From NCBI GenBank assembly GCA_964035545.1, contig OZ037767.1, forward strand, positions 27,234,628 through 27,298,627: a DNA stretch of 64,000 nt, in the 5' to 3' direction. The notes under the pieces are model-generated. The model was not told the DNA's origin. It worked only from the letters and a program-made list of their open reading frames with translations, and made no database searches. The DNA comes from Bugula neritina. Taxonomy: Eukaryota; Animalia; Bryozoa. Every line of letters starts with the position of its first letter. Positions within the stretch are counted from its first letter, which is position 1. This document shows, piece by piece, positions 1 through 15,188 of the stretch. Made by a program: the position numbers and the translations under genes.

Positions 1-203
1 AATTATTTTATTACATTTGATAGAGTGTAACGTTACAAAACATATGCTTCAGCTTGCTTTTTTGCTCCAGATGGTCACAACTTCTACCAGTGACATTATA
101 ATTTATTAATTTGATATGCACAGTGTTTACTTTGATCTAGTAACCTGTTTATTTTGAAATATTTATTTTAGAAAATATCTCATTAGCCACAAAACTACAC
201 AGC

Positions 204-2936
204 ATGAATGTTGAAGCAAACTTCACTATGAATCCATGTAATGGTATATCTGATAGGAAAGGAAAAAGCAGAAAAGCTCTGCCAAGGCATGCTGGTATGT
301 ATTATTCTAGTACATATCACTCACCAAAATTCATACCATTTGTCTCTCATCTGCTCTATGGCTTACAGTGCTTCTTAAAATAGTAAAAACCCCCCACCTT
401 AAAATAGTAACACTTCTCATTGATATAATTTCTATTTATAATGTAAAGTTTATTAAGTTTTTAATTAGTATGAAAATATTCTTGCTTGGTTTTAACTTTT
501 AGCTATTATTTTATATGTCTAAGTTGGTAAATTAAATTCTTTATTTCTATATGGTTATTTTGACTTTATTATTTCTGGTTTACAAAAAGTTGGAAATAAG
601 TTTAGTTTTTAGCTTTGGCGCAATTCTAAAAGCATTTCCTGACATTGAAGAAGGTATACGGGGCTGATGTGTTGCCCCACCCACTTCATACTCATTGTGG
701 TGGTTACTTTGCTATGTTTAGATACAAGTCTGTCGGAGCCAAAGTTTACTTGTGAGAAATGTGGGTATCAAACTAAGAGGAAGGATCACTATAAGAGGCA
801 CTGTCTAACTCACACTGGAGACCGGCCCTTCAAGTGTCATCTTTGTACTTTCTCCTCTGTTGATAAATACCATCTTGTCCGCCATCTCAAGTCCTCCATG
901 CATAGCAATGGTGGAAATGTGAGTATCTAGTATGTCTTTTGCTACCTGAAATCTTATTTGTTAATCTTTTCTGAATTGGTTAATGATTGAAGAACAGCCA
1001 CAGAGTGGGTGGGCCCTTCACCAATCAACAGGTTAGGTTAGCTGGCCAGAGGTGTCATCTCTTGTTACTTAGACTAGAGTATGTAGACTACTGCGAATAT
1101 TCTGTAGAGATCTCGGAGCAGCCAGTTGGAGTGCGGGTCATGTGACTACAAGACACACCAGCTGGGCAGAATGGAGAGACATAAGAGAACACACAGCGGA
1201 GAGAAGCCATTCGCCTGTAGTTACTGTGCATATAAAGCTGCTCAAAGAGCTACACTAGACAGACATCTACTAACCCACACAGGTCAGCCTGAAGTATTCC
1301 TGTGTCAGCATCTTTATAGAGGGTTCTGCAGTGTGTCTCTGTACCTAAATATCATTGTTTTGGAGTTTGATCTTGGGCTCAGGTTGGGAGGGAAACTATC
1401 TGTACCAGTAAACAGTCGTAACTTAGCCCTTAATTGTAAGTCAAGATTTGTAGAAGGTTGCCCCTTCTCATGTTTGGAAAGGGAAGCCCTCTACAACTAT
1501 TGTGAATACACGCATTATACGAGATAGTTTTGGTTCAAGCCTATCATGAACTCAATGTATCACCATCACTGTGTGGCCCTCATTCTATGTTGAGCAATAT
1601 TACTTGATTTGTAGGTGAAAAGCCCTTTAGCTGTGATAAATGTGATTATTCTGCAGCTGACACTAAAAGCCTTAGGTTCCACACTTTACAAAAACATGGT
1701 GATGGCGAAGTGCTACACAAATGCCCTGAATGTGAATACTCGACCCCTGTTCTACGGTATTACAAGGTCAGTAGATGTGAACTCCTTAGTTTTATATTCA
1801 ATATCTCATGTCAAACAATTCCCTTCCTTGTCATGTATGCTCCCACCTAATAAATTGTTGAGTGTGCTTCAACTTTGCTACTATTTCAGCTACATTTACG
1901 AACGCATTCAGAAGCACGCCCTTACCTCTGTGATATGTGTGGCTACTCGGCTAAGCGACCTCACGGGCTAACTAAACATTACAGGTACTAATGAATGCTG
2001 ACGCTCTTTGTTTAAAAGAGTTATTGTGAAATGAAAATAGTCTGCTATGCGATAATTTATACTGATTCTATTAGATGTTAAAGCCACCTGCTGGCAAGTT
2101 TTATTTTGTTAGTTATCTTCTCTTGAATGAAATAGACCAAGTTAAATGCCTAAGGCTTTTATTAGGTGAGAGGAGTTCAACATCTGTTCAGCCAATGTAT
2201 AGCTATGAGATGCAAATCTTTGTTATGTATTATCTAATGGAGAGCTCTGCGGTGTGGAGATAAAATCTCCTGACACAATATTGTTACTAAACTGAAGCAC
2301 TGAAGTAAATTATAATTGAATGAATTATTTTAGAGCAATGCATGGTTTTACAATGGCAGAAACAGACGGCAAAACATACAGAAGGGAGACAAACCCATCG
2401 GAACATTTTCAAGCTGCTGATAGTAAACCAGTAGATGGAGTAGTGGAACCTCTTCATGAGCCCAGTGTCTCTACAACCAAAGTGTCTGCACCAGCCCCAT
2501 CTGCACCATATACTTCTGATCAAAAGCTAGTGGAGGGCCACCATCTATCTCTTACACCCGCTGACCAGCAGCAAACAGCGAGCCACACATCTGAACAGCG
2601 ACGACCAATCATATCTCTGCCCTCCAACTTTCCACCAATTACCCCGTTAACATCTACTCACAGTTCACAAGTTTTGGAGAGTTGTGCTGTGGAAAGCTAC
2701 CTTAACTCAATGATGTCCAACAGCCAAACAACCTCGCATAGTGGTAAATATAATTACTAATGTGTAATATTCGCAAAATTACTATTTGAATTCGATTAAC
2801 TTCAATTTGTGTTTGAAATGGGTTAATACTGTAAATTCTAAAATGAAATGTTGTATTTAAATGTCAATGTGCCGATCCAATACAATTCTCTTATAAGTCT
2901 CATCGTGGTTTATTAGATGTTGTTGAAGTCTATTAA
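204..2936 (+). CDS. Multi-exon C2H2 zinc-finger transcription factor (7 fingers plus a Ser/Pro/Thr-rich tail); 5' structure uncertain and may begin upstream of the window
   Basis: GT-AG exons at ~172/204-294, ~606-653 (acceptor uncertain), 722-919, 1108-1281, 1615-1766, 1890-1984, 2334-2743 and 2917-2936. Spliced, they give fingers CEKC..H..H, CHLC, CGSC, CSYC, CDKC, CPEC and CDMC with TGDRPF/SGEKPF/TGEKPF/SEARPY linkers. Confidence 0.85.
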
Positions 2937-4836
2937 CTCAGCAAAGGAAGTTGTTTTATTATTTGATGATGGGATTTTATTAGAATACTTTCACCTTTTC
3001 AAACCCCTTCTTACTTGTAGGAATCACTGCGCAAGACAACACTCAACCCAGCTTTCCTTTCTACATGTAGTAGTCCTTCTTCAAAGTGCAAGATATATAT
3101 GTATGCATATCATTTGTAATACATATACAATTTACAAAATGCAGCATGTTCTAATATCTATAATTTTATGTATACATCTATATGAATATATATAATGTTG
3201 CTATAACTTATTTCAACTTTTGAATGGTGTTTATTATTTTACCTATCATTGAATTAGCCATTACTTGACCTGGCAAAAATTCAAACTAATGGATTTATAA
3301 CGCCTTTTTGTATTCTACCTATATATAATTTTTTTATTTGAATGTAGACATGTTATTACACTAAAACTAATTACTTTATAAAAATTGATAATTATTGTAT
3401 AGTAAAGTCTTCTTTTATTCATGTTAAAAAATATTAAAGTAATTGAAGCATAGAATTCTTGACGCAGGTATAATGCTCAGCTACCGGTATATTATCAACA
3501 AAACTAGTTTTATGGAATAATAGTATTAATGTTCAGTATTAGAAATTGAATTTTTTACTTCCTTTTCATTTTATCTGTTTTTCAACAGCGAAAAGCAATC
3601 ATAGTAATTTGTTATTAGAATAAGCAGCACAAACAATCCTATTTTTCCCAGGATAATGTAAAAATAAGAGTTATCTAATCCTTTGCTATCTGACGAAGCC
3701 AGTCTGAGACTTTCAACAATTAATACTATACTTAATAGATTACTTTCCAGCTCATGTTTGTGTACTGCCGGCAGAGCAAGTCACTGTGTGTGGTTCATGT
3801 TTAACACAGATTGGGGGAGGTCTTTATGAAGTTCCTCGATGGTGCCAGATTTTTGGGTTTATTTTCTAAAGCTTAAAATTCACCTCCAGGTGATTTATCA
3901 TTATAGGTGTATAAGTATTTTACACACCAGTGCGCATAAATATTACTGGGTAACATATTAAAAAGGAAATGAAGTAGCCTAAGACACAAATGATAAGTTA
4001 GGTAAAAACTAAAAATAATTTACAAATAATTATATTAAGAGCTAGTGTTGGGCGAAAATATAAAAAATTGAAAAGAGCACCATAAATAAGAGCTTTAGTT
4101 ATCAATTATTAGCATACAATATTGTCATGACTGTAAGATTGTTTCCGGTAAATAGCAAAGGATTGTAAAGAAACTGAAACCATTCTCTGAGTAACTAAAT
4201 GATACTTGTACATATAAGAGTGTGACATAAGGGTAGCTTGAACTTCGCTGCCTACAACAGAAAATAGAGAATAAGCTGATCACATGACATGGTAACAGGT
4301 GAAACAATCAAGAGAAACATACAAGTAATGTCCTTGCCACATTTTATAAGGATCAGTTGTTTGCAATGTGAAGAAGTTAAATAACACCACATGGACGATC
4401 AAACAAACCAGTTTAGCTAATGTAAAATGTAAATGTTATGTTAAAACAAGAAATTTTCTAAAAAATACAAGCTAGCAAAATTCAGAGCATATGAAGTAAA
4501 CGAGAAAGAGCAGTTATTTGCTAAATTGTTAGTGAAATGTTCATAAAAAATCAAAATACTATCTAAGTTTGGACATTAAACCTATAAAAATAAGCAAGGC
4601 TTCTTTATTTTGAAAACAGGAATTTACACACACAAACTTATTGTTTCCATCAAGAAACAAAACCTGCTTAACTTGATTTTAAAATAATAAGTTATAACCT
4701 TTAGTTTTCTTTCGAAGTTAGTTATTGTCAACCACAATTGAGAGAATGTTAAAAACAATATAAACTTTTAGACAATCATTAATAAAACTATGAATAGTAA
4801 AATACTCTAAGAGAACAAGAAATCACCTGTAAGAAT

Positions 4837-7154
4837 CTAGGATCCAGCCTCTTGCTCCTGCCCCAAAGATTCCAATATCACACCCATAGGTGTCCTTTTC
4901 AGGCCAACATATTCTTTAAATCGGGCTAATTTGTTGTTGATGTTTCTCATTCGCAAAGATGCGTGGATTATGGTTACTAAAAATGAGAAACAGACCAATT
5001 ATATGAATACTAAATTACCATAATCAATAGCAGACAACTCCGAAAATATATAAGTAACCAAATTGAAGTATTCAATGAATTATAACTAGTTATAATATTT
5101 TAATGGTAGTACTTACATGCTATCGGCAGAAGCAGTCCAAATAAAAAGACAAAGATAGCTCCTATAGCCCGAGTGAGGACATAAGTAACAAATAAGATAG
5201 TCAGCACAGATATAATTGGATGTTTTGCTTTCAGTCTTCTCCATTCACTTGTGTTGTTAGTGAAATATACGAATGCCAGGAATGCTAAAGTAATGATGAC
5301 AATCCCTGTTACCATCTGCACGGGATGATAAAATCTGGAAAAATATATACACTTTAGCCATTTCGCACAAAAGAAGAAAAACAAATGCATCACCAAAGAG
5401 ACTTAAAAAAACTTATACTAAGAAAATAAAAGTATTACTGTAAATTATAAACCCAGAAATAGAACTAATATTTATTATCTTAAAACTATATTGTTGATAT
5501 ATGATAATAATAGGTCAGGTAGTGGTGAGCTTAAGGACTTGAAACCTTGTGAGTTAAGTCAACTTGACAATGGCTTACTTCAATTGCCTGCTATTAATTG
5601 CATTAAATTTCCCATGCTGAAAACTTAAAAATGTTAGGCTTTTGCATGACTCTTTTTAGCTAAAACTTAATAAGTGCAGGCCTAATATTATTTAAAAACT
5701 GCAGATATTAACATTTATGTACTAAGTATATTGTTAGTGCAAATGAAAAGTATTTGAATTGAAGAGACATGTTTTTATTCCATTATAAAGTAATGATAAA
5801 ACGATAATAATCTATTCAACAGTTATAGTAATGAAACAATATAGCTATAGCCTCAATATTGATAAGAATTATAGGGAACAATATTGTAAGCGGTTTATTT
5901 TAAAATATTTTTATATAAACAAGTTTTTATTATATGCTTATTAAAAAAGAGATGAAAAACAAATAATTGCATTCACTTCTCAGCTTTATTCACTAGTTTT
6001 AAAACTTTATACCCAATTTTATTATTTATTCACTTGTTTTTTACTTAATGAAGTAAACTGACCCAACTTATATGTTTATATTAGTCTTAGACTAGATAAA
6101 TATAATAGTAATTATTAGTAATATTATTCAAACTACTACTAGAAATAAATCAATGGTTAATACTTAATATTCAACGTATTAGTATTAATACTATTAGTAT
6201 TATATTAAATTTAATTATTAATATTGTACTGTTACTCTTACAGTTCTGTATGTCTAATAAATATAATAAATTGATAGCCAATCACCCTATCACTATCACT
6301 ATGACTATCACTATTACTATTAGTCTATAAGTATAAGAGCAAATTTATTAAAGTAAATAAATGTAATATTAAGTCTAATAGTAGTATTAGTATAAGTAGC
6401 ATTACATTCAGTTAAAGTTTTACTGTAAGTATAACTATCACTATTAGTATTAGTACGTATTACTATTACTATTGTATTAGTAGTATATTTACTTTTAGTA
6501 TTACTAATACTAATAGTAATACTTATAATATCAGTTTGAGTTTCACTTCTGTTAGAGTGTTACTGTTACTTAGTCTTACACTACACAGTTACTGTTTTGT
6601 TTGAGTTGCATCTTAGTCTACAGTTAGTGAATCGTATTATACAATCTATACTTAGAGTTAGTATTGGCTATTGCAATTAACTAAGTATAAGAGTTGAACT
6701 TGATAAGCATAGCTAAAAGTTCAAGTTGAGCACAAGTATTAGTAAATTAATAAATTACTATTACTATTGTCTATTAGTATTAGTATAAATATAACATTAT
6801 TATTATAAGACTAACACTAACAGTAACTCAAAGACAGTGTGAGTGTCACTAACTCTAAGTCAACTCAAACTGTCAAAGTCTTAGTTGATTGTGGTTTTAC
6901 TATAACTACAACAATTTCACTTGAGCCTCGACTAAAAACAACTTAATTAGTAATTTTAACTTTTGTTCTGCTTACCCCACACAAAGAAATAACAAAATAG
7001 TCGAGAGAAAATAGTTGGTTTGGTAATATAACAGGTTATTGATTATTCTGTTTGAATACCGTTCAAGCTCATTAAAATTTGGAACCTGAAACCTAGCTCC
7101 TTCTAGTAGGAAATCGTTCAAAGGTCTAAGAGGTGCCAGTTCTACACCGTCCAT
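4837..7154 (-). CDS. ARL6IP5: PRA1 family protein 3 (ARL6IP5/JWA/GTRAP3-18), 3 exons
   Basis: Exons 7154-6976, 5334-5117, 4976-4837. Translation contains LAPLRPLNDF..NNLLYYQTNY, hydrophobic helices, IHASLRMRNINNKL and GLKRTPMG, all typical PRAF2/PRAF3 motifs. Confidence 0.92.
6080..6900. repeat. Degenerate tri/hexamer-periodic low-complexity tract (AGTATT/ACTATC/AGTTAC-like) in ARL6IP5 intron 1
   Basis: Recurrent ACTATT, ACTATC, AGTATT and AGTATA words with 6-bp phasing; no exact repeat unit. Confidence 0.6.
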
Positions 7155-7746
7155 TTTTGCTTTCTAAAACGTTGTGAGAGGTAAACTACTGCACTGAGAC
7201 AAAACATGTATTACTTATGACAGTTATTAGTGTTTATTACACCTGGAAAGTGAACGTGTGTAACTCGATGTCACTAGTGATCACTCGGAGTCCCAAGTCG
7301 AAGACCGCAGTTGCACGAGTGAAAGAGAAGACAACACCAAGCCAACTGCACATGCAGTTGGGCCCTGCAATGTATTTTGTTGGAACAGAAATAATGGGGA
7401 GCTTAAAAGCAATAAACATTAATTCCACTGTAATAGCAGCCCTCAGGTAATTTCTCAACTCAAAACCTCCAAACTGGCTCTATTCGAGAAGTTTAGGCAC
7501 ACACTATAAAACTGTAAGAAGACACTTCACTAAAGAAATTCAACAATACTTGAATTCACACGAAGTGGGCAATTGTAATTTATAATTCAATTTGTCAGTT
7601 ATTGTTTCATCACTGTTTTGTCATATTCAGCACTTCAGTTTCTAAACATTGAAGAAAAAATTGCATCTTTTGTTAGTCAATCAAACTGTAGTGTTTACTG
7701 TACATCAACATTTTATTGCATAAAATAATGATTAACAGCAAACATT

Positions 7747-9526
<1,780 letters not shown>

Positions 9527-9540
9527 TTTGACAGTAGGCT

Positions 9541-9554
9541 TAAGAGGACTTCCG
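9541..9554 (-). promoter_or_regulatory. TCT/5'TOP-like pyrimidine initiator (CCTCTT) preceded by an ETS-type CGGAAGT site, RPL36A promoter
   Basis: Minus strand reads CGGAAGTCCTCTTAAGCCTACTGTCAAAATG|GTGAGT, as expected for an animal ribosomal-protein gene start. Confidence 0.55.
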
Positions 9555-10966
9555 CTACGTTAGTGTCCGCAACGTAGTTACCAAAATATTGCCAAAAATA
9601 TATTATATCATAATGATTGTTTTTAATTAATATAGAAACATTTAAATTTTTAGTTTATAAAATTATTATGTATATTTTTAAAAAAAATTAACCAATGAAG
9701 AATTTCAAATATTTGTACATCCGTTCTCATTTAGAGAGATAACTACCAGTAAATTTGGAAACTAGCTGGAATTGCATTTCCATGGCACCATATATGAGGT
9801 GTAACTAATGTAACCTTTGACCGCAAACACACCCGCACGGAGGCACGCACGCACATCCACACAAAATAATATTCTAATCTAATTTTACATTATTTTCTAC
9901 ATACACTCTAAGAGCTAACCTAAATACTAACTTTTTAGTAAAATGAGATAAAGTGCATAATCATGGTTACAAGTTCTGAATAATAACTGTAAAAGTCATG
10001 TAAAAGTTATCATGACAATGGGCTTTTCGTTTCCAAATACTAATAGTCTGCATTTAAAATTGCCCACATTGTAATCAGCTATTTTGAACTCAACCAAAGT
10101 ATAGGTGGCTCACTTTCTGACAATTTTAAATAATCCCTATACTCCTAATCTGTCCACATCTAAGTGTCCTATTTTTAAAGAGTTCATTTGTGGAGGTTCT
10201 TTTGAGACGAAACATTTCTATGGTCATTTAACCAAATTATAGCATTATAAAATCAAGTTATCTTTAGAAAAAAACTCACATAGCAATAAATAAAAATGGC
10301 AAGATATACTCTAAGAGTGCAAAATACGTGAAAACCTAATAATATGCAACTCCATATAATGAATATTATTGTGAAAATCTGAAAAATTATTAGAAATGCT
10401 CAGCAAAAGTTATCCGCTAAAGTGAGAGTTTTGTTGAACTGGACATAGTTGTAACTTGTAGGCTAGTAACAGCCAACTATGTCATGATAAATGTAGCTGC
10501 CTATCATCACCATGCAGCCGAAGTCAGCTATTTCCTGTCACAGATGGTTAGATTTACCTCGCATTTGCAACTGCCTTAACCACTTAAACCAGAGGTATAT
10601 CTGTTTTCTAACTCAGAAACTATTCTTTGTCTACTAAACTTCTATTTTAACTAGCTATGAGTATTTATAAGATTAGCCTTTTAATTTCTTTGTGAACCAA
10701 CTTAGTACTGTAGCCATTGTTTTCAGTTGTATTTAATGGTATATGCAAACAGTCCCAAGTTTATGTAATTACAGACTACCATCAAATAATGGGAGCCTTA
10801 GTTGGACACCTTCAAATGCACCAACTTACATAACTTTGATGAGCCAATGGTCGAGAACTAAGATACAGTACAGGTAGAAAATAGTTCTGCTCACTCTCTA
10901 GTTTCTCATCCCTCAAGAAAGATTCAAGATTTATGAAGCTCCAAGCTGGTTGAAGTCTGTATTAGA

Positions 10967-11732
10967 ATGAAATCTGCTGAGTTGTGTCTCTATTGTCTAA
11001 CTACCATCTATTTGGTAAATGTGAGTTAATCTACTATTTTATTTTTATAATTTTGAAAGAGTCTTGTATTTAATTAAAGATTTGAGGCTATGCACCATAC
11101 AGATTCACCCAGTCACTATTATTGTAAAAATTGAATTTGATACTATTTTACAAAAGCATGTCCATGCTTCATAGCAGTAGTTGCATGAACTTTTGAAGTG
11201 CTTTTAGCTGGGGAGACCAGAATAGGGCTCTTGGTAAAATTTTACAATTAAAATTTATTAAGTGAACCATCTGGTCAAAATAACATGTATATGTACCAAG
11301 GGAAGAGGGTGGAGATACCGTTATACTAAGTTAGCTCTTTGCTTGTACTATCAATATTTTTGTGACTGCTACAGTTCATAATCAGTATTACACACTATAT
11401 TACAGATATTTGGTAGTGTGACATGCCGAGAAAGTTTTGATGTCAAACTGAAAGAAAACCACAAAACTACAAAGGTCAGCGGTGATATGCTGCCTACAAT
11501 GTCTCAGCTGACACTCAATAAAAGTGCTGAAATTTCACAAAGCAACAATTCCGTTAATTCAACAGCTTCTGTCACACCCTCCAGTCCTCTATCTGGATCT
11601 ACCAAATCTGTTCTTATTCTCTGTATTTTACAAGTAATAAGTTTTATGGGTTATATGTTTGTATGTATGTGCTCTGTCTCTCCTACTCGTGTAAACAATA
11701 GACAAAATATATATGTTGTTTTTTGGGTTTAG
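10967..11732 (+). CDS. Orphan small secreted Ser/Thr-rich protein with C-terminal hydrophobic anchor, paralog A (2 exons, ~124 aa)
   Basis: Exon 1 10967-11014 (MKSAELCLYCLTTIYL|gtaaat) joins in phase 0 to exon 2 from 11406 (tacag|IFGSVTCRESFDVKLKENHKTTKVSGDMLPTMSQL...). It has N-glycosylation sequons NKS, NNS and NST and a hydrophobic C-terminal segment. The structure is mirrored by paralog B. Confidence 0.7.
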
Positions 11733-12804
11733 CATGTACTCTATAACTGTGGCTTTACTGGCAGCTTTCAATTATTATTATGTTAATTACGTTAAATATC
11801 ACGATGCAACACTTGACATAATAAAAACATGACTGAAATGGTTTTCAATAAAACTTTCCATATATGCTATAATACAAAAAAAGTACATCTAGAGCCATTA
11901 CCTATGCAATGCTGACTATATATAATGTTTCACTACCTGATGCACTGTGCTACACAAATATCAACCAAGTATTAGTATCATCAATTTTTTATAAATTGCA
12001 ACTATATTATGTATTTTTTAATGCTCAATGAATACAATGTAGTACACAACAATGCCAACAAAATTTGTTGTGAGATTGGTAAAATCAGTTTCGTTTAAAA
12101 CTCAATTAGCTGGTATGGCTAATGCTTTTGTTTTTTGTTGTTGATAAAATCGTTTTAAATTACTTTATATAATAAGCAACCACATAAGGCCTACCAAATT
12201 TTCTGTAAGCTATAAACCATTACTTAGCATAAAACAAATTGCCATTTTGCGATTTGCTGTGAGGAATTTTCTCAGCTCCTAAACATAGTTCAGCTTAAAT
12301 TATTTTCTTTTAGAAATGAACTCTCAACTTATAAAGTATGTTTATTTTAGAGTTTGACAAAAGTAACATACAGACCCGAAATTTCAATGCAAATAAATTG
12401 ACTTAGATTCATCATTTTAGTGGTATACTTGGAGTGAGCATTAATTTAATTATAATATGCATTTAGATAAGACATTTTTATTTTTCTCTGTTTCTCCAGT
12501 GTCTTGTTCTACCCTTCAACTGAGCAGCTGGCTATTGTGATAACCATTGAAAGAAGTTTAGTACTCCCCTTGTTGGTTGTAGTTCAACATAATAGTTAAT
12601 TCAAACAGTCTGGTAAATTACTATGAAGTCTAGGAATTACAGACTCAAGACAACTTGAAAGAATGCAAACCTTACATAATCATTGGACCCAGTAGGTACT
12701 TTCCTGGTTGCACTCCCAGTACTAAATAATCCTTCACTGAAGAAAGAAACAATTCTCAGTTCTCTCTAAGCACTCAAGATTTTCTAAGTTTTAGTCGAAA
12801 AGTC

Positions 12805-13297
12805 ATGAAGTCTTCAGGAATGCTTCTGCTTTACTTGTTCTCTATCTACCTGGTAAATTTCAATATTTTATAACTCTAACTTTGCACCAGTTGGTGATTC
12901 TAATAGTGAAATGTATAGAATTAGATATAACACTAAAGGATAGATTATTTTACTGTATTTTACTTTTTAAATAATTACTATAACTGTATTACAGGTATTT
13001 GGTAGTGTGACATGCCAAACACGTTTTGATGTCAAACTGAAAGATAACTCCAAAACTACAAAAGTCAGCGGTGATTTACTGCCTACAATGTCTCAGCTGA
13101 TACCCAAAAGGAGTGCCGAAACTTCACATAGCAACAATTCCAGAAATTCAGCAGCAACACCCTCAGCCTTAACATTCACCTTTGAACTCATGCATATCAT
13201 ATATTTCATCATTTCAGTTATAATACCATCAATAATGTTTTTGAAAGACTATTTTATGTATACCATACTTCCTCCTTTGATCTTATTTGAGCTATAA
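12805..13297 (+). CDS. Orphan small secreted protein with C-terminal hydrophobic anchor, paralog B (2 exons, ~116 aa)
   Basis: Exon 1 12805-12852 (MKSSGMLLLYLFSIYL|gtaaat, also 48 nt) and exon 2 from 12995 (tacag|VFGSVTCQTRFDVKLKDNSKTTKVSGDLLPTMSQL...), ending in a hydrophobic tail. Confidence 0.7.
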
Positions 13298-13322
13298 TAG
13301 AGATTTGGATAGATTTTTTTAT

Positions 13323-14384
<1,062 letters not shown>

Positions 14385-15188
14385 CTGTAACTATTTCTTA
14401 CCTATTAATGTTCACAACAGTTAATATGTAATATAGCGAATTCTTTTTCTACAGTACAAAATTTTTTTTGACAACTTTGCTTTCATCAGTTAGTAATGGG
14501 ACACAACAGATCTTAACTAATTAAGCTACATTTTTCTAGCAATTTACATAACAGTAAACACAATTATATTCACTAAAACTCACAATATAAAGCAGCTGTT
14601 TAAGCATTACTGCGTTACTTACTACTAAATTATTCAATTCGTTCGAAGTTCCTTTAATACTAAAAACTAGAGTTGAGGAAATAAAGCACTGGTTGAGAGT
14701 TGTCTTCCCAAAAGTAACTATAGCTTGGAATTTTTAAATACAATTGGTTTTTTGAATAAAAAGTTTTATAATATCCAATACTTTATATTAAATTAAGAAA
14801 CTGTAGAGAAATACAAACAATCTACAATTACTATGATTTCCATATTATGCAGTCTTCGCATTGCAAAAAATATCCAAGACTTGAGTCCACATAAATAAAG
14901 CTGTTAATAAAATTGGAGAAAAGTTAAACAAGTACAACTGCAAATATTTTGAGGTAGAGTCAGTTGAAACAATAAATTTCAGTTCATTAAAACCTAAAAC
15001 AGCTTGATATATGTATGCCCTCTAACCCTTAGACCTAAAACATCTGTACCTTATCAAAATGATAATATCGACTCATTTTTATAAAAACATAAAAATTAAA
15101 GCAATAAAAGAAACAGGCTTGACTGGTAACCTATCAAATTTAATTTAGAATAAAATACATTGTTCGAAAATATAATAAAAATATAGTT

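Noticed and set aside
7217-7458. Overlapping 77-aa and 73-aa ORFs between ARL6IP5 and RPL36A
   Set aside because: They lie in promoter/intergenic sequence and show no motifs or splice support.
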